From positions 1 through 10,202 of the forward strand of contig JBDZWC010000106.1 of the NCBI GenBank assembly GCA_040256005.1: 10,202 bases of DNA. The letters run 5' to 3'. Numbering within the stretch: the first letter of the stretch is position 1; each line of letters starts with the position of its first letter. Origin of the DNA: Deinococcaceae bacterium (lineage in GTDB: Bacteria > Deinococcota > Deinococci > Deinococcales > Trueperaceae). Position numbers and translations under genes: made by a program. The notes beneath the pieces are model-generated. The model saw only the letters and a program-made list of their open reading frames with translations. It had not been told where the DNA came from and made no database searches. Shown piece after piece: positions 8,699 through 10,202 of the stretch.

Positions 8699-10202
8699 GC
8701 TCGCGGCGCTTCCTGTCCGGAGTAATTGGGACGGCAACCTCCCTCCTTCCGCTATCAGCGGGCGTCGCCGCACTCTTGTCACCTGGCCGGAAGATGTCGG
8801 TCACGGCGATCATCTGTCTAGTCGTCGGTGCTGTCATGTGGGTCGCGCCCGTCATCGATGATGCGTCCACGACGCTAGCTGGGGAAGCCGTGCAGGCCTG
8901 CCTTATCGTGCTCAGCGCGCTCCTATCGACTCGCCGCATCGAACGCCGTGCGATCGTCATCGGGCTCTTGATTGGTCTCGCTGCGCTGGTCGCATTCGCC
9001 CCGATCGGGTACGTCGGCCAGAGGGCGTCTGGGTGGAGCTCTCACCCCAACATTTGGGCTGGCATGGTGATACTGCCAACTCTGTTGGCGGCGTCCCTGG
9101 CAGGGCGACAGACGGTGAGCGCATTGGCTGTGGTCCTGGGCATCGCGGCCATCTTGTTGACGGGGAGTCGCGGCCAGCTAGCTGCGGTCGTCGCCGGCGG
9201 CCTGGTGCTCGTACTGGCCCGTTACGCTGGCCGACGCCGCCGGCAACTCATACTCGTCATTTTCTGCGGCGCCTCCCTGCTGGCGGCGATTGCGCCACGG
9301 AGTCGAGCGCTCATTCAGGACAGCCTGGCGACGATATTCGACAAAGGCGCCGGCCACGTGAACCTCGTCCAAGGGGGCGGGGACGCCTTGCACGTCGAGA
9401 GGTCAGTCCGCCAAGGTACGGGAGCCACGATGGTTCTCGCCAAGACTTCGGCAGAACCGTGGGCACGTCTTCAGTATCCTCTGATTCTTCAACCTGGCTC
9501 CTCGTATTCGATATCTGTCGATCTTCGGGCTCAAGACGGTAGTGACCGTCCCGGATTGTGGGGAACCGGCCGTGATCCGGTCACCCGTGAGGACGTAGTA
9601 GTCAGGGTCCACAAAGAGGGGGCGCTGTGGTTGACTCAGGCCAGCGGACCCGTCGAACTTCTGTCTTGGTCGGCTGAAGCCGAAGGCGACGATTGGTGGC
9701 ACCTTCACCTCGCAGTGCGCTCCGCGAGCACCGCCCCTGTCTGGTGGTACATGGGTCCCACACCAGATCAGACCGAGGGGAACGTGGGGGCGACGATCGA
9801 GTTTCGCGACCTCCAGTTTGCTCTCGGCTCGGTCGTCTCCAGCGAGGTCACCACTCGCCCCTCTCTCGCTACTACTCAGGCGCTGGCCCGACGAAGTGCC
9901 TTCACCGCGGCCTGGAAAGGTTTCGTTGCTAGTCCGCTGTCCGGTCAAGGAACAGGCAGGTTCGCCTCGTACTACCGCGAGAACCCTCCGGGTCAAGACG
10001 TGGCCGTCCCGAACCACGCGCACAATTGGCTACTTCAAGCCCTCTTCGAGCGCGGAGCGATCGGCGCCGCCGGCCTGGTGTTGGTACTGGGAACCCTGAC
10101 ACTCAAGGGTCTGCAGAGCAGCCCGATCTTCTGGGTTCTCATCATCGGACTGGCCGCCTCGAACCTCTTCGACAGCGTGCTCTTCTCGTCCGGGCAGGTC
10201 TT
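8695..10202 (+). CDS. O-antigen ligase (Wzy_C/WaaL-like) family membrane protein with an inserted soluble domain; 3'-truncated by the window edge
   Basis: Not in the ORF track. Hand translation from ATG 8695 (ATGA overlap with the GT4 stop) gives 502 codons with no stop: MSSRRFLSG..., RASGWSSHPN (9022-9051), LLTGSRG (9154-9174), ARRSAFTAAWKGFVASPLSGQGTGRF, HAHNWLLQALFERGAIG (from 10015). Confidence 0.88.
   Translation, partial: MSSRRFLSGVIGTATSLLPLSAGVAALLSPGRKMSVTAIICLVVGAVMWVAPVIDDASTTLAGEAVQACLIVLSALLSTRRIERRAIVIGLLIGLAALVAFAPIGYVGQRASGWSSHPNIWAGMVILPTLLAASLAGRQTVSALAVVLGIAAILLTGSRGQLAAVVAGGLVLVLARYAGRRRRQLILVIFCGASLLAAIAPRSRALIQDSLATIFDKGAGHVNLVQGGGDALHVERSVRQGTGATMVLAKTSAEPWARLQYPLILQPGSSYSISVDLRAQDGSDRPGLWGTGRDPVTREDVVVRVHKEGALWLTQASGPVELLSWSAEAEGDDWWHLHLAVRSASTAPVWWYMGPTPDQTEGNVGATIEFRDLQFALGSVVSSEVTTRPSLATTQALARRSAFTAAWKGFVASPLSGQGTGRFASYYRENPPGQDVAVPNHAHNWLLQALFERGAIGAAGLVLVLGTLTLKGLQSSPIFWVLIIGLAASNLFDSVLFSSGQV

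Noticed and set aside
9033..10099. ORFs 9033-9542 (+), 9403-10023 (-), 9693-9932 (+), 9818-10099 (+) as possible novel genes
   Set aside because: All overlap the continuous frame +1 ligase gene, which carries clear family motifs.
1..10202. CRISPR arrays, tRNA/rRNA/ncRNA, IS ends, intrinsic terminators, phase-variable homopolymer or short tandem repeats
   Set aside because: The window is essentially fully coding. I saw no periodic repeats, no hairpin plus U-tract and no long homopolymer runs.
1..10202. Taxonomic assignment of the host
   Set aside because: High GC and these gene families occur in many phyla and the cassette looks horizontally exchanged; no assignment can be supported without a database search.

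Overview
The whole window is one + strand, tightly packed operon from a high-GC bacterium: a Wzx/Wzy-type surface-polysaccharide (EPS/capsule/O-glycan) locus, truncated at both edges. Gene order: adenylyl-sulfate kinase cysC (5'-truncated), Wzx flippase, polysaccharide pyruvyl transferase family protein, PAPS-dependent sulfotransferase, GT2, Wzy-like polytopic membrane protein, GT-B glycosyltransferase with ALG1-like motifs, GT4 (WbuB-like), and a 3'-truncated O-antigen-ligase (Wzy_C) family gene at 8695->10202 that is absent from the ORF track and was translated by hand. Main points of interest: (1) the gene set predicts a glycan that is both sulfated and pyruvylated, with local PAPS supply; (2) the ligase-like protein carries a ~160 aa inserted Trp-rich soluble domain; (3) codon usage shifts sharply inside cysC near position 488, consistent with a recombination breakpoint of a swapped glycan cassette. 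I found no RNA genes, mobile elements, CRISPR arrays or convincing repeats. All functional calls come from motif recognition by eye, not database searches.
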